A stretch of DNA of 64,000 nucleotides from the human T2T-CHM13v2.0 reference genome, Homo sapiens. The notes beneath the pieces were generated by a model. The model was given only the letters and a program-made list of their open reading frames with translations. It made no database searches and was not told the origin of the DNA. Shown here one piece after another: positions 38,641-50,485 of this stretch. A program made the position numbers and the translations under genes. Within the stretch, counting starts at the first letter, position 1. The number at the start of each line of letters is the position of its first letter. The DNA lies in assembly GCA_009914755.4 (NCBI GenBank), contig CP086569.2:19520001-19584000 (forward strand), written 5' to 3'.

Positions 38641-39721
38641 CTTAGAGAAAACCTTCTTATGTTTCTGTACAAACTAAATTTTCACTTTCATATTATGACA
38701 ACACCATGTTAGTTGTGTCACAGTATCCATGTATTGCAGAGTAGTAAAGTGTTAAGCAGAAAAATGCACCAGTGTGGTACCCACAGAAAGATGGTGTCTG
38801 GACACTCGGTAGTTTCTGGAACTCAGAACTGACAGACAGGGAATGCTGAAGTGACTGAAAGTTTGAAGAGTGCAGGGACAGCATGGGCAGAACAGAAATT
38901 GATAGTGTCTATGTCCACGCCAAAGAAGTATTCTAGGAATTTTCCAGCTATAGCAAGAGCACAAACCTCGATGTGTGCATATTATCTGGATTATTTTTGG
39001 AGCAGGAAAGTAGATAACCAACTTAGTGCTAACATAGATGTGCTCAGGGGAACCAAATTACAAAACTGATCTCACCCTATTCCTCTTGCATTAAATAACC
39101 TTCCAGAGATATCACTTACAAGATCCAAGCTTTTTCAACTTATCTTTCTTCATAATCTTCTCCTATCTATCAGCTCTCAGTTCTACACTTGTGCCCCAGT
39201 GCCCTTCTTCATGCCAGCACACCCGCAATGCTTTCCTCTGCAGCCCACGTTGGAAGTCCCACTCAATGCTCCACTTCCCTTCCAGCTCCTTCAAAGTACC
39301 AGTCACACAGAAAAATTGGCATTTAACTTTAATAATATACACATAGGAAGTGTATTACTAGTTTCTACGTCACATTCACCATCTTGAAGAAAAGGTTATT
39401 TTCAGCGTACCACTGTTGTTCAGCTGAGCCATGACTTCCCACTGTCAGTCATCCTACTGCTCTTGGCTGGCTTGCATCACAGCCCTCTGAATTATATGTT
39501 CACAGAGGCCAGAACCAACAATATTAAAAAATACATGTTTGCTGAAATTACTCTCAGATTTGTAGATGAGTATGTACCTTTTTCTGCTCCCAAAGCTCCG
39601 ACATTTAGTGTGAGTTAAGCTGAGTGCTGTATAACAGGTTAGGATATCATACAAATTTGCACACTACCAATAGAGAAAACAGGACAAAAACAGTTGTAGT
39701 GGGCAGCACTTTAAATAGTAG

Positions 39722-39995
39722 GTTGGAGGGCTGTTCGTGGGGGCTTATGCCAGTAATTGCAGGACTTTCAGAGGCCAAAGTGAGTAGATCATGAGGATAG
39801 GAGTTCCAGAACTGCCTGGGAAATGTGGTGAAACCATGTCTCTACTAAACACAAAAATTAGTCAGGCATTGTGGTGGGTACTTGTAACCCCAGCTACTTG
39901 GGAGCCTGAGGCAGAGAATTGCTTGGTCCCAGGAGGTGGAGGTTAAAGTGAGCCAAGATCACGCCACTGCACTCCAGCCTGGATGACAGAGAATA
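39722..39995 (+). mobile_element. Alu element, sense. Its tail has expanded into a (TA)n(CA)n microsatellite at 39999-40190
   Basis: ...gtagatcatgaggataggagttccagaactgcctgggaaatgtggtgaaaccatgtctctactaaacacaaaaattagtcaggcattgtggtgg...actccagcctggatgacagag. Confidence 0.85.
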
Positions 39996-39996
39996 G

Positions 39997-39998
<2 letters not shown>

Positions 39999-40074
<76 letters not shown>

Positions 40075-40190
40075 CTATATATACATAGATACATACATAT
40101 ACACACATTATGTTATATATTGTGTATATCTATATGGGGCACACACACACACATATATATAAACACACATACATACACACAAACACATAT
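39999..40190. repeat. Compound (TA)n(CA)n microsatellite
   Basis: Visible directly. Confidence 0.95.
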
Positions 40191-40195
40191 ATTAG

Positions 40196-40510
40196 ACCGA
40201 ATGCAGTGGCTCACACCTGTAATCCCAGGGGTCTGGGAGGCCAAAACTGGTGGACCACAAGGCCAAGAGTTCAATATCGGCCTGGACAATATGGTGAAAC
40301 ATTGTGTCTACTATAAAATGAAAGTTAGCCAGGTTTGGTGGCAGGCACCCATATTTTAAGCTACTTGGGAGTCTGAAGCAGGAGAATCACTTTTACTTGG
40401 GAGTCGGAGATTGCAGTGAGCTAAGATCATGACACTGCACTTCAGCCTGTGTGACAGAGTAAGACTCCATTACAAAACAAACAAGAAGGACAAAACAAAA
40501 CAAAAAAGAA
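40196..40510 (+). mobile_element. Alu element, sense
   Basis: ccgaatgcagtggctcacacctgtaatcccagg...ggcctggacaatatggtgaaacattgtgtctactataaaatgaaagttagccaggtttggtggcaggcaccc...gcagtgagctaagatcatgacactgcacttcagcctgtgtgacagagtaagactcc, followed by an A-rich tail. Confidence 0.85.
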
Positions 40511-41207
40511 GGACATCAAACTACCACAATCTTGAACAAACGTCTTTATTGAAGAAATCTAATAAATAAAGTAAAAATGATGGTAACAATTTAACACAAG
40601 GACACAAGAAAAAGCTTAGAATTATTTACTGAAAGGCAATTAAGATTGGAACTAAATCATTGAAGTTCTCATCAGTATCACAGATGGTATTACCTGCTTT
40701 TCAATGAACATTAATGAATTTATACTAAGATCTTATCCTGGGAAAAAAGAAATCATTCTCACCCTTTTCTGTTTTATTGTCTTATCCTCTCAAAGTGCTG
40801 ACATTACAAGCATGCCCAGGCATATTCCAAATGTTTTATAAAACTTCTGCCACTTCCTCCACCTTTTCTTCACCAAAAAAACAAGTATTACTTAGAATTT
40901 CAATATATAATACAAATAATACAACTGTCATAACTGAAGCACCTGTGTTGATATCAGTACGTACTCATGGTCTGGATTTTTTCAAAGATACTAAGCACTG
41001 AAGAAGTGTCTTTTTGGCTTCTTGAGTACTGCTGTGTATACTACTATACATTTTTATAGTATCTCTGCATGCATAAACATGTTAATATGAATATACATGC
41101 TATCATATTTTCTTCCCCACTGCAGAATAGTATTGTTTTGAATCTGTCTACCAAATCTACACTGACATTTATTTTTGGGTAGTTACATAAAGATAAACCT
41201 ATCTGGG

Positions 41208-41535
41208 ATAGGCATGGTGGCTCATGTTTGTACTTCCAGAACTTTGGGAGGCTGAGGTAACTGAATCACTTGAGATCAGGAGTTGCAGACAAGCCTGACA
41301 GACTTGTAATAGATGTAGTAGGCTTAGGTCTCTAATAAAAATATAACAAAGTACAAAACTACCTGCCTACTAAAAATACAAAAATTAACCAGGAATGATG
41401 TTGGGCACTTGCAGTGCCAGCAAATCAGGAGACTGAGTTGGGAGAGTCTCAATGGTTGCAGTGAGCCAAGATTACAACCTTGAGCCTATGCGACAGATTG
41501 GAGACTCCGTCTCAAAAAAAAAAAAAAAAAAAAAG
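41208..41535 (+). mobile_element. Alu element (diverged, J-like), sense, with an A25 tail
   Basis: ggcatggtggctcatgtttgtacttccagaactttgggaggctgaggtaa...cctgcctactaaaaatacaaaaattaaccaggaatgatgttgggcacttgcagtgccag...tgcagtgagccaagattacaacc, then (A)25. Confidence 0.8.
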
Positions 41536-42517
41536 GAGTGGACCATCCGTCTTTAGTGACTATTTGGTCACAGAAAAATCAATTCCTGCCAGTTTATGAT
41601 CTTTGTTAACAGAACATTAACTTATTTGTAAAGTAGATGGAAACATCTTAGATTCAATTATGAAGTAGTTTTCCCTGATATAGGCTGCTTCCTTGGCCTC
41701 TTTAGGGTTCCCTAATAGTGTCAGCAATGAACACCAAAAGGGGAAGAATGAAAACAATTTATTTTCACAACCATTCATAATAACTACCATGAGTTGTGTT
41801 TCTAAATACCTATTCAACTGTCTGTGAAGACTCACTTGCCATAAGAGTTGCCAGAGATACCTCTGATATGGAAAAGTTTGTCTGAAAGGTAAACATACAG
41901 CCAAAGGAAATTATGTTGATAGGCCAGTTTCCTGACAAAGATCAAATTCATTTTGTAATTGTCAGATTTAAAAAATTATAGTAAATATCATACTTTTATA
42001 TGTAAATGATAAACACCAGCAAAGAAGTGCTTTATTTCATCTTCTTGCCTTATGTCATGAAGCATAATAAATCTCATATGTAACATAATTAAGGCAAAAT
42101 CTTTCACAAAAATAAAAAACAAAAAGAAATCAGTTCCTTGATGCAATAGTCTTCAAATTAGAAACACACAATATATTAGTGATGAAAGAATTGAATACAA
42201 AACTGGGTTTAAAATTAGCTTAGTTTTATCGTAAAGAGAAAATAAACTTTCAAAGTCAGAAAATAACTATAAAATAAAGTTAAATAACTTGTGATATGAT
42301 TCAGATAAACTTTTTTGTGGTATGAAACTTAGTTTTATAACTAGCTGTTTTACAATATGTCCCGTTCCCCAGTAAAATAAATGTAGCACCATAAATGATA
42401 ACTTTTACTTTTATACCTGACTGCGAAGTCTGCAGACTTGGAGCATGGCATCTCTGTTCCATGTTCTTCTAGTTTGTGAACCCAAACTTTAGTTATCTTT
42501 ACTAAAAATGTCAGGAT

Positions 42518-42665
42518 ATGTCCTGCAGTGTTGAATGCTGACACAAATCCCTCATTGATCTTGTCCACAGTTTTCAAGTACATGTTGCTCAACAGCCACA
42601 TGTTCTCATCTATGAGGTTGACAGCAGCATGAACTACGAACTCGTTCAGATCATGATTATTGTCC
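42518..42665 (-). pseudogene. TRAPPC2: TRAPPC2 (sedlin)-like exon, homologous to [49 protein letters not shown]
   Basis: The minus translation reads [49 protein letters not shown] and is preceded by the acceptor ctag|GAC. The canonical GT donor is absent at the 3' end, consistent with a pseudogene. Confidence 0.8.
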
Positions 42666-45019
42666 TAGATGACAGTGTGAGAAACAATGGTTTAACATTT
42701 TCATATGGCATGAAGAATGCTGACATTACATTCTGTAAAGTGTGTAGGTTCTTTCTTTGTGGAGGAAAAAAACTGTTTGCTTTTTGTTTGTTGTTGTTTC
42801 AAGAGAAATATAAGAGATCTGTTTTCATGTTCTATTTTATTTTTAAATTTGATATCTAAATCTCAAAGAACAGAAACAGTCAACTAATAAACAAAACGTG
42901 TGTATAAGTATATATCCTGTGAAGAAAAGGTGCCATTTACAGCAGGTCTCAACATCTAGGAGGAAGCTAAGAAAGCCAGGCCTTTTGCAAAGTAGCACCA
43001 TGTAAGCAGTAGAGACAGTTGAAATGGCACTTGTAATGGCTACAAGAAGCTTCTTTCCAGTGCATGGAGCTTACATGCAAGTGGGTCCTGGGAGTAGCTG
43101 GAGATGATGCTAAGCCACAGCTGCAAGCAGTTGTGTTTGTCAACAGCAGGACACAGTTCTGTCAGAGCTGCTAGTGTCCTTTACCTTTGCTGAAATGGCT
43201 AAACTGAACAGAAGGTGGGACTGTCTGATTATCATGAAAAGAGGGTATTCACCACCTGGAACGCAATCTTACTCCAATGTAAGACTGAAATAAGAGTTTT
43301 TGAAGGACACCTCACTTATGGCTTGAAGTTTATCCTCTCAAAATGTTTTTGGTGAAGTCTTCAGTGACAGTACCTCAGAATGTGACCTCATTTGGAAAAA
43401 GGGTTGTTGTAGATGTGGTTACTGTGTTTACATTGCAGTAGGGTGAGTCTCTAATCCAACCACTGCTGTATTTAAAAAAGGGAAAATTTAGAGATGCACA
43501 CAAGAAGAAAAATGCCACATGAAGACTGGAGTTACATTGCCACAAGCCAAGGAACTTCCAAAAGCTGGGAGAGAGGCCAAACAGATCCCGGTCTTGCTGC
43601 ATGCATAGGGAACAGGGCTCCACTGACACCTTGATTTCAGACAGCGGCCCTCAGAAGTGAGATAACCAATTTCTGCTGTCCAAAGCCATTCCGTTGCTGG
43701 TACTGAGTTACAGAAGCCACAGGAAACCGGGACAGGCTCTTTGCTGAAGAGGTTGTTCCCATTCCTGGGGTGGATGAAGGTGGCTTGTTGCATTGAAATC
43801 CCCTGCACTATAAAATCATGTTTTACTTCACTCATGTTGCCATGAAAAAGCTAAGGGGATCCTTAAAAGAATGCATTTTTCTCTTTCTGGCTCACAGCAG
43901 TGTTTTTCTTTACAATGATCATCAATCCTGAAGGATTAGGAGAAAACTGTGAAAATGCCTTAACAAGATGAGCTGTAGCAGGAGAAAGAACTAAAATCAA
44001 CTTATGCAACAAAGTATTTTTATGTGTGCTCCTTGTCCATCACAAGGCCAGTGGAGTGCACAGAAGCTATATATAAATAATGGCATCCCAGAAAGCAATA
44101 CTACTACAAGTATTCAAAACGAGTTTTAATGATTAGTGTCCTCAACTTAGGAGAAAATAATGTTGCAACAACATCTGGCAGATAATCCCAACTATCATAT
44201 TTTGGTGACAAGACCTAAAGAGTTGAAAAGTATGACACAGTGAACATTATACATTACAATTAACTTAAACCATTAACTCCTTGAAAGACATCAAAGAAAA
44301 TTTGGGGCATTGATAGAAACAGACCAACCGAGCCCACAAATTATTAGAAACATAAATAGGAAATGACTGCGTACTTCTCATGTGAAAACTCTAAAGTCTG
44401 TTTATTCTGAATGGCAACATGGTCTCTGACCAAGCCTGGTTTTTGAACCATTCTTGATGAGAAAGGTGAGTGTCATCACCTCTGGTGCTGCTTTTGAGCT
44501 TCCTGTGCATTGCCATGGTGTCGCTAGGGAGGGAAGCATGCATGCACAACCCATCCCGGAAGTGCTGCTGAAGGTAACTAAGGGTCTTTTTTTTTTTTTT
44601 TTTTTTTACCCAGTATTTCCTCATGAAAGACATATTCATGAAAACTGCCCGGACTTTCATGGCTGGCATTTCAAGGTAGCAACCCACTACAGGTGAACTA
44701 CATGTTTGAGTGCGTAAGCAGCAGCAATTCATAGTGTGTGACATATGAACTGAATATCATAGGAATGCCAGAGGTCATGCTAGTCTATGCTGAATTGAAG
44801 GATAAATAAAACAACTCCAAAGGTATTCCCTGGCTGGCTTCTATCCATCTGTGTGTGCTATAAATATAAATTTTTACAAATGCAAGAGACTATGATATGC
44901 CTCTTGAAACACCAATTTATAGACAGGAAGTTTTGTATTCTGGAAAAGATGGAAGAAATAATCCATAAGGAAATACAATCTGAGGCACTGGAGATTTTGC
45001 AATGAAGTTTAACAGATTG

Positions 45020-45318
45020 GGCCAGGTGTAGTGGCTCATGCCTGTAATAGCAGTGCTTTGAAGGGTGAGGCATATGGGCTGCCTTAGCCCAGGAGTTTGA
45101 GACCAGCCCAGACAGCAGGATGAAACAAGGAATACACCTATACAAAAAATACAAAAATTAGCAGAGCATGGTGGTATGTGCCTGTAGTCCCAGCTACTCT
45201 GGAGGCTGATGGCAGAGGATCCCCTGAGGCCAGTGGGGGTCCAGGTGGCAGTAAGCTCAGACACAACCACTGCACTCTGTCCTAAGGGACAGAATGAGAC
45301 CCTGTCTTGAAAAAAAAT
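45020..45318 (+). mobile_element. Alu element, sense
   Basis: ggccaggtgtagtggctcatgcctgtaatagcagtgctttgaagggtgagg...attagcagagcatggtggtatgtgcctgtagtcccagctactctggaggctgatggcagaggatcc...ccactgcactctgtcctaagggacagaatgagaccctgtcttgaaaaaaaa. Confidence 0.85.
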
Positions 45319-46490
45319 TCTAAAGACTGGCAAAAGAAATAGAACTATAAGAAACTGGGGAAAAATATAAGGTATTTCATGGTTTCTAGAACCGATAGTA
45401 ACTGAAATAGAGATGAATCATGGATGGGTAGGAGTGTGGATGGATATAGACCATGGTAACCCCAAAGTGTGTATTTTAACACAGGGGTTTTGTAGTCAAA
45501 CAACGTTAAGTTTAAGTCTAGCTCCTATACTTACTGGCAATTTGAGCACAAGCAGCCCTCAAACTCCTAATGTTGGTTTTCTCCTCTGTAAAATAGTGGT
45601 AACTTTGTAGCCCCTCATGGTGCATTTATGAAGGTTACACAATCTAATGTACATAAAGTAGATGACACAATTTCTGACTCAAAGTATGTGCTCAATTAAT
45701 GTTATCTAGAATAACCTGGAAGGCCATATGCACACTGGGATGTGGTGACTACTAACTTCTGAACATGGGGTGGAAACCGAATAAACCAGGACTTAGTCAA
45801 TATCCTGCAACTTACAATTGAGGTGTCTTAGAAGCCTAGACTCATCAAGATTCACTGGGCCTTCTCCTGATTCACATACACACAATGAAATCAGAAGAAA
45901 CCTGATACGTACTTGCTAATGAATGGCATATAATAATGTTATGAAAGAAATCAAGACACTGCTGGCACTTTTCACTTTAGAATTGGAAGGCTATACATGT
46001 GGAAGGAAAGGCAGATAGAAGAGTCTTGGTATGGTGAGGTAGGCTTAAAATACTATTTGAGGTGGGGGAATGTAGCCTTACACACTTTATTGCTACCATC
46101 TAAGGCTGCTTTCATTCTTCAATGGCGGAGTTAAGCACCTGCAACAGAGACCAGTTGTCCCACAAAGCCAACAATATTCACTATCTGATTCTCAAAAGAA
46201 AATATGTGAGGCTGTTTCAGGAGAAAATTGAGAAAGAAATTAAGATAGAAAACGTGGTTAACAAAGATGAGCAGAAATGACACAAAAGCTTTGCAAAACT
46301 AGATGAACTGGCCATAATTCTCCAGAGAAGGTAATGGAAGAAAGTATGGGGAGTTGAAATTTGAATAAAGTAGACAATGATATCATGAATTTTTGCTGCA
46401 TTAGATTTCAAAAATGAGGTGGTCAACAGAAGGGCTTGTTATTTTCTTCAACATTTAAGCAGCAGCAGCAAGAAAAAAAGCAAAAAGAAA

Positions 46491-46552
46491 TGTGTGTGTG
46501 TCTCAGTTTCAGTGTGTGTGTGTTTGAGTGTGTGTGTGTGTGTGTGTGTGTG
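46491..46552. repeat. (GT)n microsatellite
   Basis: Visible directly. Confidence 0.95.
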
Positions 46553-47169
46553 TGTTTACATTTAAGGGAGATAACATGCATCTCTACACTCACTTCTATA
46601 GGGAAAGCCACAAATGGGTGAGAAGCATGATGCTAAGTCAGCAGGAAGACAGACAGAAAGGGAACCAAAAGGCTAATTGAGGGGGCTATTACCAACTACC
46701 CAGATGGCAGAAGATAAGACAGCACTTTGTTTATATACATCCTGTGCTTGAGTTGAGCTGCCAATTTGGTTTTGGTTTTGTAAACAGCTGAAGAAGCAAG
46801 AAGGGCTGTAATTTTTCATTTACTTCCACCAAGGAAAAACTGACACAGTGAGAGAATTGAAAACTCTAAGAGAAAAGGACCCAGTTGCCTTGGGAAGGGA
46901 ATAGCTGCAATCATGTACCAAATACTTGAAGGTGTCCGGAAAAGGTAAGACATACACTAGGATTCTGCACTGTCCAATCTGTGAGACTTTCTGCAAGGAT
47001 GCAAATGTTCTACACTTGTGCTGACCAATATGGGAGCCAGTGAGCATTATAAATGGGGCTAGTGTGACTGTAAAACTATTTTTTAATTTAATTTTAAATG
47101 AACAATAATAGCCACATATGGCTAGTAGTTATGGTACTAGACATCACAGTTCTAGATCAGTGATTCCAA

Positions 47170-47392
47170 GATGGTGGTATGATCTTTGCTTACTGCAACC
47201 TATACCCACTGGGTTCAGGAAATTATCCTGCCTCACCCTCCTGAGTAGCTGAAATTATAGGCATGCACCAAGAGGCAAGGCTATGTTTTGTATTTTCAGT
47301 AGAGACAGATTTCAAACTCCTGGCCTCAAGTGATCTGCAGAACTCAGCCTCCCAAAATGCTGAGATTACAGGCCTGAGCCACCGGGCCAAGC
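47170..47392 (-). mobile_element. Alu fragment, antisense
   Basis: rc Alu ...gcctcaccctcctgagtagctgaaattataggcatgcacc...gcctcccaaaatgctgagattacaggcctgagccaccgggccaagccc. Confidence 0.8.
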
Positions 47393-49065
47393 CCAATTCC
47401 AAACATTTTATAAAGTTCTGTGACTTCCTCCACCTTCTTTTCACCCACAAAGCAAGTACTACTTAGAATACCAATATATAATACAAACAAAGCAATTGCC
47501 ATGACCCAAGTACCTGCATTGGCATGAGTGCATATTCATGGTCTGCTTGATTTTCCCATTGCCTTAAATAAGAGCATTTGAAGCCTCTCCAAGGAAGGGT
47601 TGGCCCAGAGATGTTGAGGAGAAAGCTACAGAGAATTTGAGAATAGGTTAATTTGAAAAATTGTGGACAAGAGAGGGGTCTAGGATAATTTCCAAATGCC
47701 TATCTGAAGGGAACAAACAGAATAGTGGTCCTTCTTCTAAGACATCCTCATCCAAATCTATGGAACTTGTGAGTATGTAAGGGCTCATGGCAAAGAGGAA
47801 TTAAAGTTGGTCAACAGCTGACCTTAAGATAGGAAGATTGCCCTGGACCATCCAGGTGGACCCAATGCTATTACAAAGGCCTTAAAAAAGAAGATGAAAG
47901 CAAAAAAAAGGAATGTCAGAGGAAAGTGATGGAAGAATGGTCAAAGCAATGTGATGTTGAAGGGTTTGAAAATGGACAAAGGGAGCACAACGAATGAATG
48001 CAGGAGCCCCCTAGAAACTGGAAAGCACAAAGAAACAGATTCTTCCCAAGAGCCTCCAAGGGGAACTCAGTGCTTTGGACACTTTGAATTTAGCCTATAA
48101 AAGGCCAGCATTGGATTCTTATGCTACAAAATTGTAAGATGATACGTTTTTCTTGTATTAAGCTACTGAATTTATAATAATTTGTTACAAGGGCAGTAGA
48201 AATCTAACATAGGACAAAGCACACACACAAGAAAACACACAGATATGGGAGAGAAGGAAGGAAATTTAAGGAAGCTTCAGCAAATGAGTAGAAGGCACAT
48301 TCCATGAAGAGACTGGATACAAAGGGAATTCATCTGCTGGGGCAATGGGTTTCAAGGCACTGTGGAAAAGGTGTGGTACAGAGTCAATAATGCATCAAGG
48401 TGAAAACATTTGGAGAAATTTGGGGATGAGAGTGTGAGAAAGAACATGGGCTGGGTCTTCTCCACTTCTCCACCTTCCAACCTCTAACACAGAAACTGAT
48501 ACACAGTAGGTGCTCAGTGCTTGCAGAATAGAACTGGAGTGTGGGGGAAGGGGCTTCAGGTTAGACAGTGTTGTCAGAGTATCCTGAAATTCAAGAGTGA
48601 CAGACATGGGGGGATTTCAGTGTTAAGTAGCCTCAACAGTGCAAAGAACCTTCTGAAAGTTTCAGTGCTGAGGCCTCAGTGGTTTCAAAGGCTCCATGAT
48701 GAAGTCTTGTTCAGGTGGTCAACATCACCTTTGTGAAAACATAATCGAGATTTTTTTAAGGTACTCATGAAGAAATCTTCCACGACAAGAAATTCATCTT
48801 GGTGACTGATTAGAGGGAGCCAGGAATCTCACTTACGGTGAAAAGAGCAACTCTCCGGTTGATTAGGGCAACCTCGTCTTTTAAGAGGGAAAATGCTAAA
48901 AAAATCCAGTTGGTGATAAAGAGAGCTCTCTGACTACCATAAATTTGAAGAGTCCACATACAAGATGTCAGAAGTAGGAAACTAGCTAATAATGAACATA
49001 AGCATAGGACCAGAAATCAGTGTGCCTATCATCAGAAAGGCAGAGACCTACAATGAGCTGAAGTG

Positions 49066-49066
49066 T

Positions 49067-49099
<33 letters not shown>

Positions 49100-49200
49100 C
49101 CATATATACCCATATGTGTATATATATCCATATTATCCATATATATATCGATATATATGCATATATATCCATATCTATCTATCTATATATATATATGTAA
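49066..49200. repeat. (GT)n plus (TATA/CATA)-rich compound simple repeat. A nearby (AAATA)n is at 49321-49365
   Basis: Visible directly. Confidence 0.9.
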
Positions 49201-49522
49201 AAAAGAGGCTTCTTAGGCTATGATAGGGAAAAATAAGAGCCAAGGATCAACTGCTTTGAGCACCTGGTACACACTGAAATAATAGAGGCTACCAATCTGC
49301 TTGATTTCTTCTTTCTCTGCTAGAAAATAAATAAAATAAAATAAAATAAAATAAAATGAATAAAAAATCAATATTTTTTTGTTCTGTATTGCATTAGTAA
49401 TCTAGGTACACACAAAAAAATGAAGTTACAGCATTTTGAATTTTATTAGTAGCCATAAATATTGAACTATATATGGAGAAACGAGTGATATATTTTTTAA
49501 AACACACTTGGGAGCCTTTAAC

Positions 49523-50485
49523 ATGTTTTTGTTCTTATTTTACTTAGAGTCCTGGGATACATGTGCCGAATGTCCAGTTTTGTTACATAGTAATACCTGT
49601 GCCATGGTGGTTTGCTGCACCTATGAACCCATCATCTATATTTTAATCCCCACATGCATTAGGTATTTATCCTAATGTTCTCCTTTCCCTTGCCTTCCAC
49701 ACCATGACAGGCCTCAGTGTGTGATGCTCCCCTCCCTGTGTCCATACGTTCTTATTGTTCAACTCCCACTTACTGGTGAAAACATAGAGTGTTTGGCTTA
49801 CTGTTTCTGTGGTAGTTTGCTGAGGATTATGGTTTCCATCTTTATCCATGCTCCTGCAAAGGACCTGAACTAATCCTTTTTATTGGTGCCTAGTATTCCA
49901 TGGCATATATGTGTCATGTTTTCTTTATCTAGTCTATCATTGATGGGTATTTGGGTTGATTTCAGTCTTTGTTATTTTAAATACTGCTGCAGAAAGTATC
50001 ATAATGGTGCACAGGCAACCTACAGAAAGGGAGAAAAAATTTGCAATCTATCCATCTGACAAAGGTCAGGATATACAAGGAATCTATCCAGAATCGACAA
50101 GGAACTTAAATTTACAAGGAAAAAGCAAACAGCCCCATCACAAAGTGGGCAAAGGATATGAACAGACACTTCTCAACAAAAGACATTTATGCTGCCAACA
50201 AACACGAGAAGCAGCTCATCATCACTGGCCAATAGAGAAATGCACATCAAAACCACAATGAAATACCATCTTAGCTCAGTTAGAATGGCAACCATTAAAA
50301 AGTCAGAAAACAACAGATGCTGGCAAGGATGTGTAGAAATAGGAAGGCTTTGACACTGTTGATGGCAGTGCAAAGTTTCTCAATCATTGTGGAAGAGAGT
50401 GTGGTGCTTGCTGAAAGATGTAGAACCAGAAATACCATTTGACACAGCAATGTCATTACTGAGTATACGCCCAAAGGATAATAAT
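49523..50485 (-). mobile_element. L1 element on the minus strand with a twin-priming-type 5' inversion. The 3' segment (ORF2 C-terminus, 3' UTR and tail) is sense on the minus strand at 49523-49965. The inverted upstream ORF2 segment is at 49966-50485
   Basis: 49540-49965 reads as L1 antisense (gtcctgggatacatgtgccgaatgtccagttttgttacatag...tctatcattgatgggtatttgggttgatt), the reverse of the L1 3' UTR and ORF2 end. 49966-50485 on the plus strand encodes ORF2 ...KKFAIYPSDKGQDIQGIYPE...[16 protein letters not shown]...[35 protein letters not shown]. Those are the residues immediately upstream of the region covered by the other segment, with about 60 bp missing at the junction. Confidence 0.8.

Noticed and set aside
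41890-41960. Possible TRAPPC2 last-exon remnant (the reverse translation ...NEFDLCQETGLST* is loosely like ...SAFDRKVQFLGKKHLLS*)
   Set aside because: The match is too weak, about 50% over a short span with gaps, to call without an alignment tool
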